From positions 1,525 through 65,524 of the IMG/VR virus record IMGVR_UViG_3300024219_000002: DNA of 64,000 bases. One strand, written 5' to 3'. Made by a program: the position numbers and the translations under genes. Below are positions 29,382 through 39,566 of the stretch, in pieces. Positions within the stretch are counted from its first letter, which is position 1; each line of letters opens with the position of its first letter. Under the pieces are notes generated by a model that saw nothing but the letters and a program-made list of their open reading frames with translations, was not told the origin of the DNA and did no database searches. This DNA comes from a virus.

Positions 29382-30692
29382 TCATTCTTTCCCGGTTTCG
29401 CTTTCTTCCAATCCTTCCGGTGCTGGCAGCCTGTAATTCCGAGCCGCCGTTACATCATGTGAAGGATACTCGGGCCAGTTCAACACCGACCTTGCCGCGC
29501 CGCCCATCACGAGGTTGTCAGTCACAGTGAGTCCTTGCACATACGCTGACACTATGGGCAAACCTTTTCCGGTGAAAGTGTTCTTTTTAATGGTGAAATC
29601 GTATTGCGTTCCCGGCCCGAGACTGCCCGACATGGCCACGCCGATGCCGCTCGTCTCGAACGCGCAGCCTTCAATCAGCATTCCCATCACGAGGGGAAGC
29701 TCGCCAAGGATCGGGTTGATGTGGACCGCGTAGCCACGACCGTTGAGCACATGGCAATTTCGTATTACAAAATTGGTGACGGTCCCCGTATCCGCATAGT
29801 ACCCGTTGAAGCAATTCAGGAATGTGTTGTTCTCATAAAGGACGTTGCTCCACAGTCCGATTGGAGAAGTCCCGTTGAAATCCATGACAATGCAGTTTCG
29901 CACCTTTCCGCTCGTCGTCAGTGCGATAGCACAACCGTAGTTGCCGCGGTAGCCTTCCACCATGCAGCCGTCAATCAGTCCGTTCGTGGCTGTCCGGCCA
30001 GGATATGTTGAAATCGAGAGCGAGAACGATTCCATGAGGCTAGAACGGTTTCCGTAGCCATGCACCGCCCGCACGTTCACGATCTTGCAGTTGCTTCCCC
30101 ACAGCGACACGGAAAAGCTCTTGCCCAGCGGATTGCCTGTCCAATTCTCGTCAATCGTGAGGTCGGAAATCTCCGCGCCTTCGTCATCCATCCTCATCTC
30201 GAACAGGCCGTGCGTGACCGGCTCGCTGGGAAACCACACCTGCCGCACCGTCGCGCCGTGGCCGCGCACCTTCCAGCCTGGTTTAACCCACCAGCCGCTT
30301 GCGTCGTTGTAGCTCGCGCTCCCGGTGGTCTGGTAAACATGGTTGGAAAAATAATTGATCGTGGACGAGGGCGGAAATCCACGATGCAATGTGTCGAACC
30401 TGTCAGCGGTGGAACCATCCAAGGGATACTTCTTTGATCCGGTGGACTTGCCGACAACATTTGTCCCGCTGATCCAGACCGTGGGCGCCATTGGGACATT
30501 TGTCAAAGCGACCGAGAGCGCCACAAGAACCAGCGAGGCGAACTGCATTATTTTCTTATGCCATTCCTCATGCGTCAGGTTCGGGTCGTCCAGCATATTG
30601 AGCGCCTTGCAAAGTTCACAGAAGTTTTCCTTCGCATTCCCGCGAACAGGCTCAAAGTCATTACCGCATCGTTTGCATTTCTTTACGCGCAC
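29382..30692 (-). CDS. Right-handed beta-helix (pectate-lyase-like) protein with N-terminal Zn finger and TM
   Basis: GTG 30692 after GGAGGGAG; CKRC..CELC, hydrophobic FASLVLVALSVAL, then I.D/N-C-type beta-helix repeats. Confidence 0.65.
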   Translation of the reverse strand: MRVKKCKRCGNDFEPVRGNAKENFCELCKALNMLDDPNLTHEEWHKKIMQFASLVLVALSVALTNVPMAPTVWISGTNVVGKSTGSKKYPLDGSTADRFDTLHRGFPPSSTINYFSNHVYQTTGSASYNDASGWWVKPGWKVRGHGATVRQVWFPSEPVTHGLFEMRMDDEGAEISDLTIDENWTGNPLGKSFSVSLWGSNCKIVNVRAVHGYGNRSSLMESFSLSISTYPGRTATNGLIDGCMVEGYRGNYGCAIALTTSGKVRNCIVMDFNGTSPIGLWSNVLYENNTFLNCFNGYYADTGTVTNFVIRNCHVLNGRGYAVHINPILGELPLVMGMLIEGCAFETSGIGVAMSGSLGPGTQYDFTIKKNTFTGKGLPIVSAYVQGLTVTDNLVMGGAARSVLNWPEYPSHDVTAARNYRLPAPEGLEESETGKE

Positions 30693-30892
30693 AGCTCCCT
30701 CCGGGATAGCCTTCGGCTGTGCAGGGAGCAGTGTGTCCCGTGGCAGGTCGCATCGCATACGCGGCAATGGTCGTAGCGGCGACTCCGCTGACGCTTCCAT
30801 TGGGCCAGAACGGCCAGAAGTCCCCTTCCGTTGCTGCCGGGCGCGTCTGGGTGCATTCGCTTCATTAGTTGACGAAACCTCTCTCTCGTCAT
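30683..30892 (-). CDS. Small protein with J-domain-like HPD motif and CxxC
   Basis: MTRERFRQLMKRMHPD...CRVC..C..C; ATGA overlap. Confidence 0.5.
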   Translation of the reverse strand: MTRERFRQLMKRMHPDAPGSNGRGLLAVLAQWKRQRSRRYDHCRVCDATCHGTHCSLHSRRLSRRELCA

Positions 30893-31191
30893 CGCTTCCG
30901 GGTTTTGTAAACGAGAATGTTGGACGAGGAAGATTCGTTCCCGGCAACGTCGCGCACGGTGGCAAAGAACTTGTAAACGGTGCTCGATTGCAGGCTCAAG
31001 GAGACGCTCAACTGTGTTGCCGGGACGGTCACGGTTCGGTAGTCTCCGCTGCCCGTTTGGTAGTAGAGCGTGTAATGGTCGAGCGGGAATTTCCCGCCCG
31101 CGCTGGCGTCCCATGCGAGGCGGGTGGTGACGAGTCGTGCATGGCAGGCCAGTGGATAGAGGAGTAAGAGCAGGGCAAGTTTTGTTTTCAT
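30889..31191 (-). CDS. Secreted fibronectin type III domain protein
   Basis: Signal peptide; LAWD, YTLYY, YKFFATVRD.AGNESSSSN. Confidence 0.8.
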   Translation of the reverse strand: MKTKLALLLLLYPLACHARLVTTRLAWDASAGGKFPLDHYTLYYQTGSGDYRTVTVPATQLSVSLSLQSSTVYKFFATVRDVAGNESSSSNILVYKTRKR

Positions 31192-31349
31192 GGTGCGAGT
31201 GCTTTTATTATTTCTATCAGTTTTTCGATGACTTGGAAATCCAAAAGCCTTCCCGCATTCCCATTCTGATCTGCCATTAACTCGGTGACTTCAAGATAAC
31301 CGTCGCCCCTCTTAATCGCGTCAACGACGGCCTGTTGGTCTTTGCTCAT
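31188..31349 (-). CDS. Small hypothetical protein
   Basis: MSKDQQAVVDAIKRG; overlaps on both sides. Confidence 0.5.
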   Translation of the reverse strand: MSKDQQAVVDAIKRGDGYLEVTELMADQNGNAGRLLDFQVIEKLIEIIKALAP

Positions 31350-33358
31350 TGTCGTATTCGCGCCTGCGGTATTCCCAGCAACGAGACGGCCGCTGGCGTT
31401 GCGGTGGTAAAATTGTTCGTGGTGGACTGCCCGAGCAGTCCAACCATGTTCACCGAATATGCTGCGTAATAGTAGAGCGTGCTGGCCGTCAGACCGTTGA
31501 GGCTTACGGATTCGCTGGTGCCGGTTGTGGCATTCGTTACAGACGTGGGAGAGCTTAGGTCGCTTGCGATGGAATACGTCAACCAGTTGTTGGTACAAAC
31601 GTCATCGGTCGTCCAAGTGACCGTCGCGCTACTCGTTCCCGGGATTGATGGTACCCCCACGTTTGAAAGCACTGGCGCTGTGACATCAGTAGCCGGCGGA
31701 TTGGTGATGAACAGGCTCCTATACCCAGCCGGAAAATTTGTGTAGGTGTAGCTTGCCAGGCTTTTGGCCGTATTCGTGGGGTCAACCCACGGCCACGGCT
31801 GCGCGCCTCCCCAGTAGCTCGGTCGCTGGTCGAAATAGATGTATGACTTCACCAACTCTTGGCCGGCGGCGAGGCCAGAGAGGACCGCGTTCGACACCCA
31901 GGCGTAGTTGTTGGTCACTTTGAGAGATGCCCAGCTTTGTGCCCTCAACCCGATGATTGGAAGCCCGCTCACGCTGTTGCTCCATGCGGTATGATGAAAC
32001 ACAGAATTGGTTTCGCCCAGCACGCAACCAGCAATGACAGCATTCTCATGGTAGGAAATGCCATCCGAAACGGCATCCTCATTCATGAACTCGCTGTTGC
32101 TCTGTTTGCCGTTTGGTGAAGGCGTTGCGTCCCACCCTCTGCCACGCTCTCTGAAATAGAGCGTGTTTTTGCTGCCCGGCGTGTGATCGTTGTAGTGGGC
32201 CGCACACCAGTTCCCCTCGAAAAGATTGTACGCATTGTGCGAACCGTGATAGTAAACGATCTGCGATAGCCAGTCGGGGCTGAGGGTTGAATAGGGCAGG
32301 TCATTCACATAGTTATACGTAAAAGCTGAACACGACATTCCGAACACCGGCATCATGTTCGCCATGTTGTGGAAATAGTTGTCCTCCACCCAAGTTCCAG
32401 AACACTGCTGCTGCACGATTGCATACGTGCTACTCGCGTCCGTTCCAAGGTCAGCCTTGTCCATGTGGCAACGACGGATTTCCGTTCGGTTGCAGGCGTA
32501 GAGGTAAACCATGTATGTGCTGTGACCGACCCAATAGAACCGGCAATTCTTTAGCCAACACTGGTCCGTGCCATTCATCTGGACGTAATACCCGAAGCTG
32601 GCGAGCGTGCCTCCGCTGCGCCAGAGCTTGATGTTCTCCAGTCCGCTCTTGTGCCTGGTGTCCCCGGTCGCGTGGTAGGCGATTATTGCCGTGCCCGTCC
32701 AGTAATCTTGGTTGACTGGAGGGTCAAAGGTAACAGTTGTCCCGGACACCGATGCCACGGTCACTATCTGAGAGGCAGGCCGTGTCCCAAAGAAGTCACT
32801 GAACCCCGAGCCTCGAACGGCTGCGCTCGATGGCGCGAGCAGCCACATGATCATTCCTGCGGCTAACCCGGTTGGCGCCGTGGCTACCACGATGCTTGTC
32901 GAGCCTCTGGTATTCCCGGACGAGATATTCCTCGTCGTCCAGTTCGCGCTATCAGCCGTGTTCCACCCGCTGGTCGCTCCAATCGTGATTGTGTTGGTCG
33001 CCGTGTTGTTGAAGATTGCGCCCGGCGTTCCATCGCTATTCGTCCCGCCGACAATCACCACGCCATCACGGTCAATGCTGATGCTTGTGCTGATCGTGTA
33101 AGTGCCGTTCGAGCAGAATACGACTTGGTTGCTCGGGCAGGCGTTCACTGCGGCTTGAATCATGGCCGCCGTCGCACTGGACGAGAAGTTGGTGTAGCGC
33201 GTCATCGTGGACGTGTCTGGAATTCCTCCCAAGACCCCCACCTTGTTCGTCCAAGTCCCACCACTCGGCAAGCGCAACGGGTCAATCGGGTCAACGGAAG
33301 CGGCAAACGCTGAAACGCTGAAAAGCAGAAATGCTGAAATGGAAAAGGCGCGCGTCAT
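31346..33358 (-). CDS. Secreted beta-helix (depolymerase-like) + Fn3 protein (670 aa)
   Basis: Signal MTRAFSISAFLLFSVSAFA; IQAAVNAC..VFCSNGTY beta-helix cap; C-terminal Fn3 (ATVTWTTD..LTASTLYYY). Confidence 0.75.
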   Translation of the reverse strand: MTRAFSISAFLLFSVSAFAASVDPIDPLRLPSGGTWTNKVGVLGGIPDTSTMTRYTNFSSSATAAMIQAAVNACPSNQVVFCSNGTYTISTSISIDRDGVVIVGGTNSDGTPGAIFNNTATNTITIGATSGWNTADSANWTTRNISSGNTRGSTSIVVATAPTGLAAGMIMWLLAPSSAAVRGSGFSDFFGTRPASQIVTVASVSGTTVTFDPPVNQDYWTGTAIIAYHATGDTRHKSGLENIKLWRSGGTLASFGYYVQMNGTDQCWLKNCRFYWVGHSTYMVYLYACNRTEIRRCHMDKADLGTDASSTYAIVQQQCSGTWVEDNYFHNMANMMPVFGMSCSAFTYNYVNDLPYSTLSPDWLSQIVYYHGSHNAYNLFEGNWCAAHYNDHTPGSKNTLYFRERGRGWDATPSPNGKQSNSEFMNEDAVSDGISYHENAVIAGCVLGETNSVFHHTAWSNSVSGLPIIGLRAQSWASLKVTNNYAWVSNAVLSGLAAGQELVKSYIYFDQRPSYWGGAQPWPWVDPTNTAKSLASYTYTNFPAGYRSLFITNPPATDVTAPVLSNVGVPSIPGTSSATVTWTTDDVCTNNWLTYSIASDLSSPTSVTNATTGTSESVSLNGLTASTLYYYAAYSVNMVGLLGQSTTNNFTTATPAAVSLLGIPQARIRQ

Positions 33359-34677
33359 AGCCCGTCTATTCCAGTCCAGTTGTCCATGATGCAAGTCGTC
33401 GTAGAGCTTGAGTAGGAGATGCCCGGCGAACCTGTGGCGATGTTGGAGTCCGTCCGGCTGTCGAGCTGAACGCTGTTGTAGGTGGTGGTCAGCGTCGTTC
33501 CAATGATGGAAATTTTCATCACCGCTCCGGCGCTGTACGTCGTCGTTCCAGTCGCTAGACTGTGGAAAGTTCCAGTTCCCACCCATCCGACTTCCCAGTG
33601 GCCGCTGGCGTCAATAACTGCCCGGTAGTACGTCCGCGCTCCGCTCGCGCAACGCACGCTCACGCCGCCACCAGTTCCAGCCGTTCCTCCGGTCACGGTA
33701 ATCGCGGCTTCCGAAGATTGGTTGGCCGTCCACGTAGCTCCGCTGTAATACTCGCCGCAGTCCGCGCCGACTGAGGAAGGCTGGGCGCTGTTGCTAAGGA
33801 GCTGTATTGATGTCTCCGAGGTTATCGTAGTCCAGTTCACGCCCAAGTCTGAGCTGTCTCCCCGAGTGAAGGCGTCTGTGATAGTCTGACCGGCGTTGCA
33901 GTTTGTCCCTGCCAGCACTTCAATAAGGATCGTCGCCCAATCCCTCGATGTGGCTGTGTTCGTTACCGTCGTGAGTAGAGCCGCACTGTTCGTATAGTAA
34001 GTGGACAGCCCGGAGGCCGGGGTATTGAACGACACTTCTCCGAGTTCGGTCCAGTTGAGAGTCGCGGCGTTGTCTGAGGAACTGTTGGCATCATCAGCCA
34101 CCCAGTAAATCAGGCTGTCCAATCCTGCGTTCCCGGGCGCGGTGAATTTGTTCGTTGGATTGGCTGAGGCGTCCACCGCAAAGGCCACCGACTGCAAGAC
34201 TGCATTGGTGCCGTTTGCCGCCGTTTGGCTCGCTCCGGTGACTTGCACCAAAGACATGCAAATCCCGTTCCCGTCCGAGTTGGCCGCTGATACGACTGTT
34301 GAGAATCCGGCTTGCCCCTGCGGCATTTGCGCCCCGAACAACTGAAGTTTTGTAATGGGAGTGCCCACGACGTTGTAATTGGTGGAGATGATCGGCCACC
34401 ACGTCAGAGGGGTCGTCGAGTTGGTGACGGTGTAGGCTTTGTTGGTCGTGACGAGAGCTAGGAAGTAAGTCGCGTTGGTTACGGTGGTGAACGCATCCAG
34501 AGAATAGATAACGCTGTTCGATGTATTTCCAAAGTTTTGCACCAAGGACACCGCCAGCGTGTTTGTGCCCGGGGTGCAGGATGCCGCGGCGGCAGTTCGG
34601 AAGTTCAGCCGGCGCGTCGGGATGGTCGCTCCGAAAGCCGCAAGCGAGAACGCCATGATTATGAGAAGCACCCTCAT
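33355..34677 (-). CDS. Secreted beta-rich (lectin-like) protein
   Basis: Signal MRVLLIIMAFSLAAFGA; C-terminal DAFTR..LG.NW..DNW beta-sandwich. Confidence 0.65.
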   Translation of the reverse strand: MRVLLIIMAFSLAAFGATIPTRRLNFRTAAAASCTPGTNTLAVSLVQNFGNTSNSVIYSLDAFTTVTNATYFLALVTTNKAYTVTNSTTPLTWWPIISTNYNVVGTPITKLQLFGAQMPQGQAGFSTVVSAANSDGNGICMSLVQVTGASQTAANGTNAVLQSVAFAVDASANPTNKFTAPGNAGLDSLIYWVADDANSSSDNAATLNWTELGEVSFNTPASGLSTYYTNSAALLTTVTNTATSRDWATILIEVLAGTNCNAGQTITDAFTRGDSSDLGVNWTTITSETSIQLLSNSAQPSSVGADCGEYYSGATWTANQSSEAAITVTGGTAGTGGGVSVRCASGARTYYRAVIDASGHWEVGWVGTGTFHSLATGTTTYSAGAVMKISIIGTTLTTTYNSVQLDSRTDSNIATGSPGISYSSSTTTCIMDNWTGIDGL

Positions 34678-37600
34678 GGCGTTGCCACTGGGAAATCAAT
34701 CCTTGAATTGCGTTGGTAGAAAACGACTACACCACCATAAAGCGCGACAAGATTTGTGGTCGTGTCTCCGGTCGCCGCGCCGAGTCTCGAAATTTCGATT
34801 ACGATGTCTTTGCCTGAAGTTGGAGTGTTCCCAACAGTAATCGCAGTGGAGATGTTCGTAAGCGTCACAAGGTTGGTGTTTGCGAACCAGAACTTGTTAG
34901 TCGTCCATACCCCGGTTCCGAACGTCAAATTGTCCTCTGTCCCTCCATTAGGAACAGCAGCCATGCGCGTGGAAAATACCGAGTTCGTAACTTTGGTGTT
35001 CCCGCCGGTGTCGTTTGTAAACCGGCTCATGCTCAAGAGTTGGACCTGAACTGTACCTGCGTTCCAATCCCACGGCGGATGCCAGCGGGTTCGGATTGTG
35101 TTGGTGACTCCATCTGTGAACTCAAAGGCGTCTGCGGTATTCGTCGGAATGACGGCACTGGCTGAAGTGTATGGCGCCGGTCCCATTCCGTTTGTCCACC
35201 ACCCTCCAAAAGGAATCCAGTCGCTCGTGACCATGACCAGATTGCTGAATGAAGTTCCGCCAAGGTTGTTGGTGGCTGCCGAGGAGAGCGGCGGCGCGTT
35301 GGGGCCACTAAGCTGACCGACATAATTCGTCCCGCCGTCGTGCCAAAACTCGAATTTCATCCTCGCTGAGCCATAGACTGTCAGGGTGGACACCCACTGA
35401 TTTTGGGCGTCAGAGAACATATTGCGCGGCAACGTCAGCACCCAGTTGGTAAGCTCGCTATTGGTGATCGTGAGCGTGGTTCGACTGCCTGCAACTGGTG
35501 ATCCGAACTCTGCTGCGGTGCAAGCCCGGTTCGTGAGAAGAAATGCCGCCGGATTTGTCCAGATAATCGAACAGATATTGCTGGACTCGCTGATGCGATA
35601 GCCGCCAGAGAGCCGGAACGAGCCAGCGTTGGTGTCGTTGCCGCTGAAAATATTGTTGCCGGTCATGGCGTTGTTAGCGGCTGTGCGCGCGTAGCCAACA
35701 ATCGTCCCAGCGACGACCGTGATGTTCCCGGAGTTATCAAACACCATCTGCGAATCATGGTCGCCCGAGGAGATTGTTGTTTCGCCAAGGCCGCTTGACT
35801 GGGCCTCGAACGCCGTCGCGCCGTTGTCGTTGTTCAGCTTCGTGCTTGCTCCGAACTGCAACCGTTGAACATTGGCCGTGTCGAATAGCCCCGTAGCCGT
35901 TCTGACACCATTCGAGAAGATGCTGTATCCGCTGCCATCCATCAGAGTCACCGATCCGAATAGGTTGCTGACGATGACACCATTCGTATTGATAAACATT
36001 GCGTTGGTCTGGTACAGGTCGCCATAGGCAATGTAAGTGTTGGTGAATGGACCGGAGCTTCCCCCGATCGCCGTGAGGCTTCCCCCGCTCAGACTCAGGC
36101 CGGTTCCGACGGTGATCTCTTGAACGTCACCGGATGATCCCGCTGAACGCCCGAGCAACCGGGCATCGGTCACGTTCTGGATTTTAGCGTAAGTGACAAC
36201 ATCATTGTCGATAGACCAGACGCCGCTGCTGATAGAAATATCTCCCTTGTCTGCGTCAGCGACCAGGGTTGCGGTCGTTGCCGTCGTAGCATTTCCGGTT
36301 AGCGCGCCGACAAATGTCGGAGAGCTGATTGAACTACTGGCCGTGATCGTTCCATTCGGGTTGTTCGTCACCCCTATTCCCGCCGCACCGTTTGTCCATG
36401 CGCTCACTCCAGCATGCCTCCAATATCCACTTGGAGTTATATTGCGAGTGTCGTTCGTTCCAATCGCTCCAAGGGTGATTCTGCCGGTGTCCACGTTGGC
36501 CAAATCAGAAAGGTTGTTCGCCTTCAGCATGTCACCTCCACCAGTCAACCCGGTGACACGGCTTGCCGGTATCGTGCCGATGCTGTTGGTAAGGTTTACG
36601 TTCGTGAGGCTACCTGCCTCGCCGATGAAACCTTGCGTTGTATTCGTCGCAACGTAGTTGTTCCCGGAAAACCCGTCGGCTGAAAACACAGTTCCTTGGG
36701 CGGTCACTCCGTCAACATTAAGACTGCCAGTGATTGTCGCATCATTTCCTACACGAAGATCATGACTGAGGGAAACATCTCCGTTTGGATTGTTGGTAAC
36801 ACCTGTATTGGACGCACCATTTGTCCAACCACTGACACCTGAATAATGGAGCAATCCCAACACTGGAGCAAAAACATCGTTCGTGGTGAACTGGTTCGTT
36901 CGCATCCCGGTTGTGCCGCCGCCTGTCGCCCCCGTCCAAGTAAACACCCCGCCCACAATTCCGAAGTCGGAGCTTAAAGATATTCCCTCTAGCGTTCCTA
37001 CACCACCGGAGAATCTACCGATGATAGTTGTTGGCGCCGCGCCTCCGATCTTGTTAAAGCTGGAAACCGAATCCACGGTCATTACTGTTCCACCACCGCT
37101 AACGCTGATGTCCCCGTAATCTGCATCAGCAAGGCTCGCTCCGGTGAACCCGAAAGAGACGTTTCCGTTTACGTTCGTCACATTGCCGTTGATGATGTTC
37201 AGATTTGTTGCCGAGCCAGCGATAACGACTCCATTGCTGCTCACGCTGAAAGCGTTCGTGTTTCCACCAGCGTTCCACAAGGCAATCTGAGCGGCTGTGA
37301 CCGTTAAGGTTTCCGGCGATCCTCTGACGTGGAGAGTAGCCGCACCGGAGTTTGTTTCAACAAACAGACTGGAGAATCCAAGACCGTTCGTGTTCACTAA
37401 AATTAGTGCGTCTCCGAGTCCTTCCCTGCTGATCGTGTGCGATGACTCAACAAACCAGCCTGCGAGTGTGCTTGTGCTGTTTGTGGCCCTCAGTGTGACT
37501 GACTGCCACGGGTGCAAGACGAAGTTGGTTCTTCCGCCAATCTTCTGAGAAGAATCAAACGGTCTGACTTCCTGCCACGCCCACGAATTGATGTTGATGA

Positions 37601-39503
37601 AGGTAATCCCCTTACCGTGCTTCCCAACCGCAGTCGCCAATGTCAAAACGGTGTTCGTACCATCTGCAAGAACCATGTCCTCCGTCGGACCCCATCCTCC
37701 GAGCGTGGCGTTGTTGTAGAAAATGTTCGTTCGGTTGTAACCCGTCCGAGATGAGAAATCTCCCGGCGTATAAACCCGGTTGTTTCGGTCAATGCTGAAC
37801 TTCTCGGAGTAGCTATTGGTTTCGTTCTGGAGCGATAGCCGCCCATCGTTGGCCAGATTCCAGACAAACTCCATGCCGGTCGAGTTAGTGAACTGAAGCT
37901 CTCCACCGCTTTTGATTCTAAGGTGCGTGAACCGGGAGGCTTTTACGGCTGCATCCCCCGTTGCGTCAATCGCTCCGTTGGCAAATATGCTGATCGTCGG
38001 GGATTGGTTCGCGGTTGCAACAGACAGCCCAAGTCCGGTCGTTGAGTTTGTGCGGACTTGAATTTCAAAACCGGCTGCTCCTGAAGCTGGGCGTCCAGTC
38101 GCCACAGCACCGGCGCCCGAGCCTATCGGGCCATCGAATGTTCCATCCTCAGAGAACCGGCCTTGTGACCACGTTCCTGCAACTGCGTTCCAATTCGTCC
38201 GTCGGCTACCCCAAAGACGCTGGCTTATCTCTCCGGTCACTTCGTCCCGGAAATCCCAGCCTTGGCCATCCTTTTCCATTGTGAAAAGGTTCGGGAATTT
38301 AGGGCGAAGCCCGCGCCACGTCTCGTCCACGATGGAAGCGTAGAGTTCGGTCTTGTCGTCTGCGATGTGGGTGTAATCTGGAATGCCGTTCGTGGTGTAC
38401 CAATAGTTCGTATCCCAGTTGTTCGGGAAAACGCGAGCGATATCGGGCACGCAATAAATCAGGTTGGTAAGAGGGCTCCGCGCCAGAAGGTTGTTGTGAA
38501 TCCATATCGGTGCGACGTTGGGAAGCGTGGCCGCCAACTCTGAATTGTGAAGCGGAGTGACAAGGGTTGGCCTTGAAATCACCAGATTCCACCGATTGGA
38601 AGTCGCGTGCCGGTGCAGGTCGAGATAGACGTTGCTGTAAATCAGCTCCGTGCTTGAGAGAATGCCGCTGATGTAGTCAATCACTCCCGCGCCGATCCAG
38701 CAAATCCAAGTGTCGCCCGGAGAAAGGTTCGTGTAAGCCCAAGGAATCGTTCTGGTGTAAATGATGTTCGTTGTCCCGTTGCCAGTCCCGGTCGTCGGCG
38801 TTCCGCCAACTGCGGAGTTCGTGAAAGCCTTCAAACCGATCCACCAAGCCCGATTCGTTATCACTTCCGCCCAGCCGTCGTTATTGTAGCCGCGGTTGTG
38901 AGAGTCGCCAACAATCGAAATCACCGTGCGCGAGACATCGAACGGCTGTTGAATGTAGTTGGACGTTTTGCTGACGGCATTGGTTTGAACCACGGCGCGA
39001 ACCTGCGCCAATGTAATCCCCGGCGTGTTGGTCGCAAAAGCCAGAGCCGCATTCGTGGCGTCAATCTTCCATTGATTGGTGACACCAGCCGTCAGACCCG
39101 ATACTTGAGGGCGCCATGTCCCAGCGCCGGTTGTGGCGTTGGTGACGGTCCAAACGTAGTTGACTATCGCCCCAACTGGCATGCTAAGTCCCCTGACCGC
39201 GAGATTGGTCGCAGAGCCGTCAAGGCTGCGAACACTTACCCCCTGCCCAAACACTGCTGTCGGCAACAAAGCAAGCCAAACAATCCATCTAAGCCACGCC
39301 CCGGAATTGAGAGCCGTTGCTTGGTAAAGAGCGTTGTTGATTTCGTCGCGGTATAATTGGTTGACGCATGTAGGCGTTACGATCCCAGTTGGATCACCCT
39401 CGCCGGAAATATTTGCACAAGCCGACGTGCTTCCCCCTGATTGATCCTCGCACTCACAGTCGCAACGGCAGATTTGAGCGGTCCTAAAACGATGAAAAGA
39501 CAT
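34674..39503 (-). CDS. Large fibre-like protein with SGNH-hydrolase-like domain (~1609 aa)
   Basis: Start MSFHRF after a hairpin; IVGDS, NSAVGG, DYTH motifs; fibre repeats DADKGDI, NNLSDLAN, VTYAKIQNV. Confidence 0.7.
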   Translation of the reverse strand: MSFHRFRTAQICRCDCECEDQSGGSTSACANISGEGDPTGIVTPTCVNQLYRDEINNALYQATALNSGAWLRWIVWLALLPTAVFGQGVSVRSLDGSATNLAVRGLSMPVGAIVNYVWTVTNATTGAGTWRPQVSGLTAGVTNQWKIDATNAALAFATNTPGITLAQVRAVVQTNAVSKTSNYIQQPFDVSRTVISIVGDSHNRGYNNDGWAEVITNRAWWIGLKAFTNSAVGGTPTTGTGNGTTNIIYTRTIPWAYTNLSPGDTWICWIGAGVIDYISGILSSTELIYSNVYLDLHRHATSNRWNLVISRPTLVTPLHNSELAATLPNVAPIWIHNNLLARSPLTNLIYCVPDIARVFPNNWDTNYWYTTNGIPDYTHIADDKTELYASIVDETWRGLRPKFPNLFTMEKDGQGWDFRDEVTGEISQRLWGSRRTNWNAVAGTWSQGRFSEDGTFDGPIGSGAGAVATGRPASGAAGFEIQVRTNSTTGLGLSVATANQSPTISIFANGAIDATGDAAVKASRFTHLRIKSGGELQFTNSTGMEFVWNLANDGRLSLQNETNSYSEKFSIDRNNRVYTPGDFSSRTGYNRTNIFYNNATLGGWGPTEDMVLADGTNTVLTLATAVGKHGKGITFININSWAWQEVRPFDSSQKIGGRTNFVLHPWQSVTLRATNSTSTLAGWFVESSHTISREGLGDALILVNTNGLGFSSLFVETNSGAATLHVRGSPETLTVTAAQIALWNAGGNTNAFSVSSNGVVIAGSATNLNIINGNVTNVNGNVSFGFTGASLADADYGDISVSGGGTVMTVDSVSSFNKIGGAAPTTIIGRFSGGVGTLEGISLSSDFGIVGGVFTWTGATGGGTTGMRTNQFTTNDVFAPVLGLLHYSGVSGWTNGASNTGVTNNPNGDVSLSHDLRVGNDATITGSLNVDGVTAQGTVFSADGFSGNNYVATNTTQGFIGEAGSLTNVNLTNSIGTIPASRVTGLTGGGDMLKANNLSDLANVDTGRITLGAIGTNDTRNITPSGYWRHAGVSAWTNGAAGIGVTNNPNGTITASSSISSPTFVGALTGNATTATTATLVADADKGDISISSGVWSIDNDVVTYAKIQNVTDARLLGRSAGSSGDVQEITVGTGLSLSGGSLTAIGGSSGPFTNTYIAYGDLYQTNAMFINTNGVIVSNLFGSVTLMDGSGYSIFSNGVRTATGLFDTANVQRLQFGASTKLNNDNGATAFEAQSSGLGETTISSGDHDSQMVFDNSGNITVVAGTIVGYARTAANNAMTGNNIFSGNDTNAGSFRLSGGYRISESSNICSIIWTNPAAFLLTNRACTAAEFGSPVAGSRTTLTITNSELTNWVLTLPRNMFSDAQNQWVSTLTVYGSARMKFEFWHDGGTNYVGQLSGPNAPPLSSAATNNLGGTSFSNLVMVTSDWIPFGGWWTNGMGPAPYTSASAVIPTNTADAFEFTDGVTNTIRTRWHPPWDWNAGTVQVQLLSMSRFTNDTGGNTKVTNSVFSTRMAAVPNGGTEDNLTFGTGVWTTNKFWFANTNLVTLTNISTAITVGNTPTSGKDIVIEISRLGAATGDTTTNLVALYGGVVVFYQRNSRIDFPVATP

Positions 39504-39513
39504 AAGTATTAGG

Positions 39514-39545
39514 GTCGTGCCCCCGCTCCACAACGGGGGCACGAC
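39514..39545. terminator. Perfect 12-bp hairpin after the capsid gene (attenuator/stabiliser)
   Basis: GTCGTGCCCCCG-8nt-CGGGGGCACGAC; no strong U-tract on the coding strand. Confidence 0.6.
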
Positions 39546-39566
39546 GTTGACCCACCCACAAACCAC

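Noticed and set aside
30693-33586. Extended N-termini of the 527-aa, 143-aa, 136-aa and 746-aa ORFs
   Set aside because: They overlap neighbouring real genes; internal starts with stop/start overlaps, RBS or signal peptides fit better.
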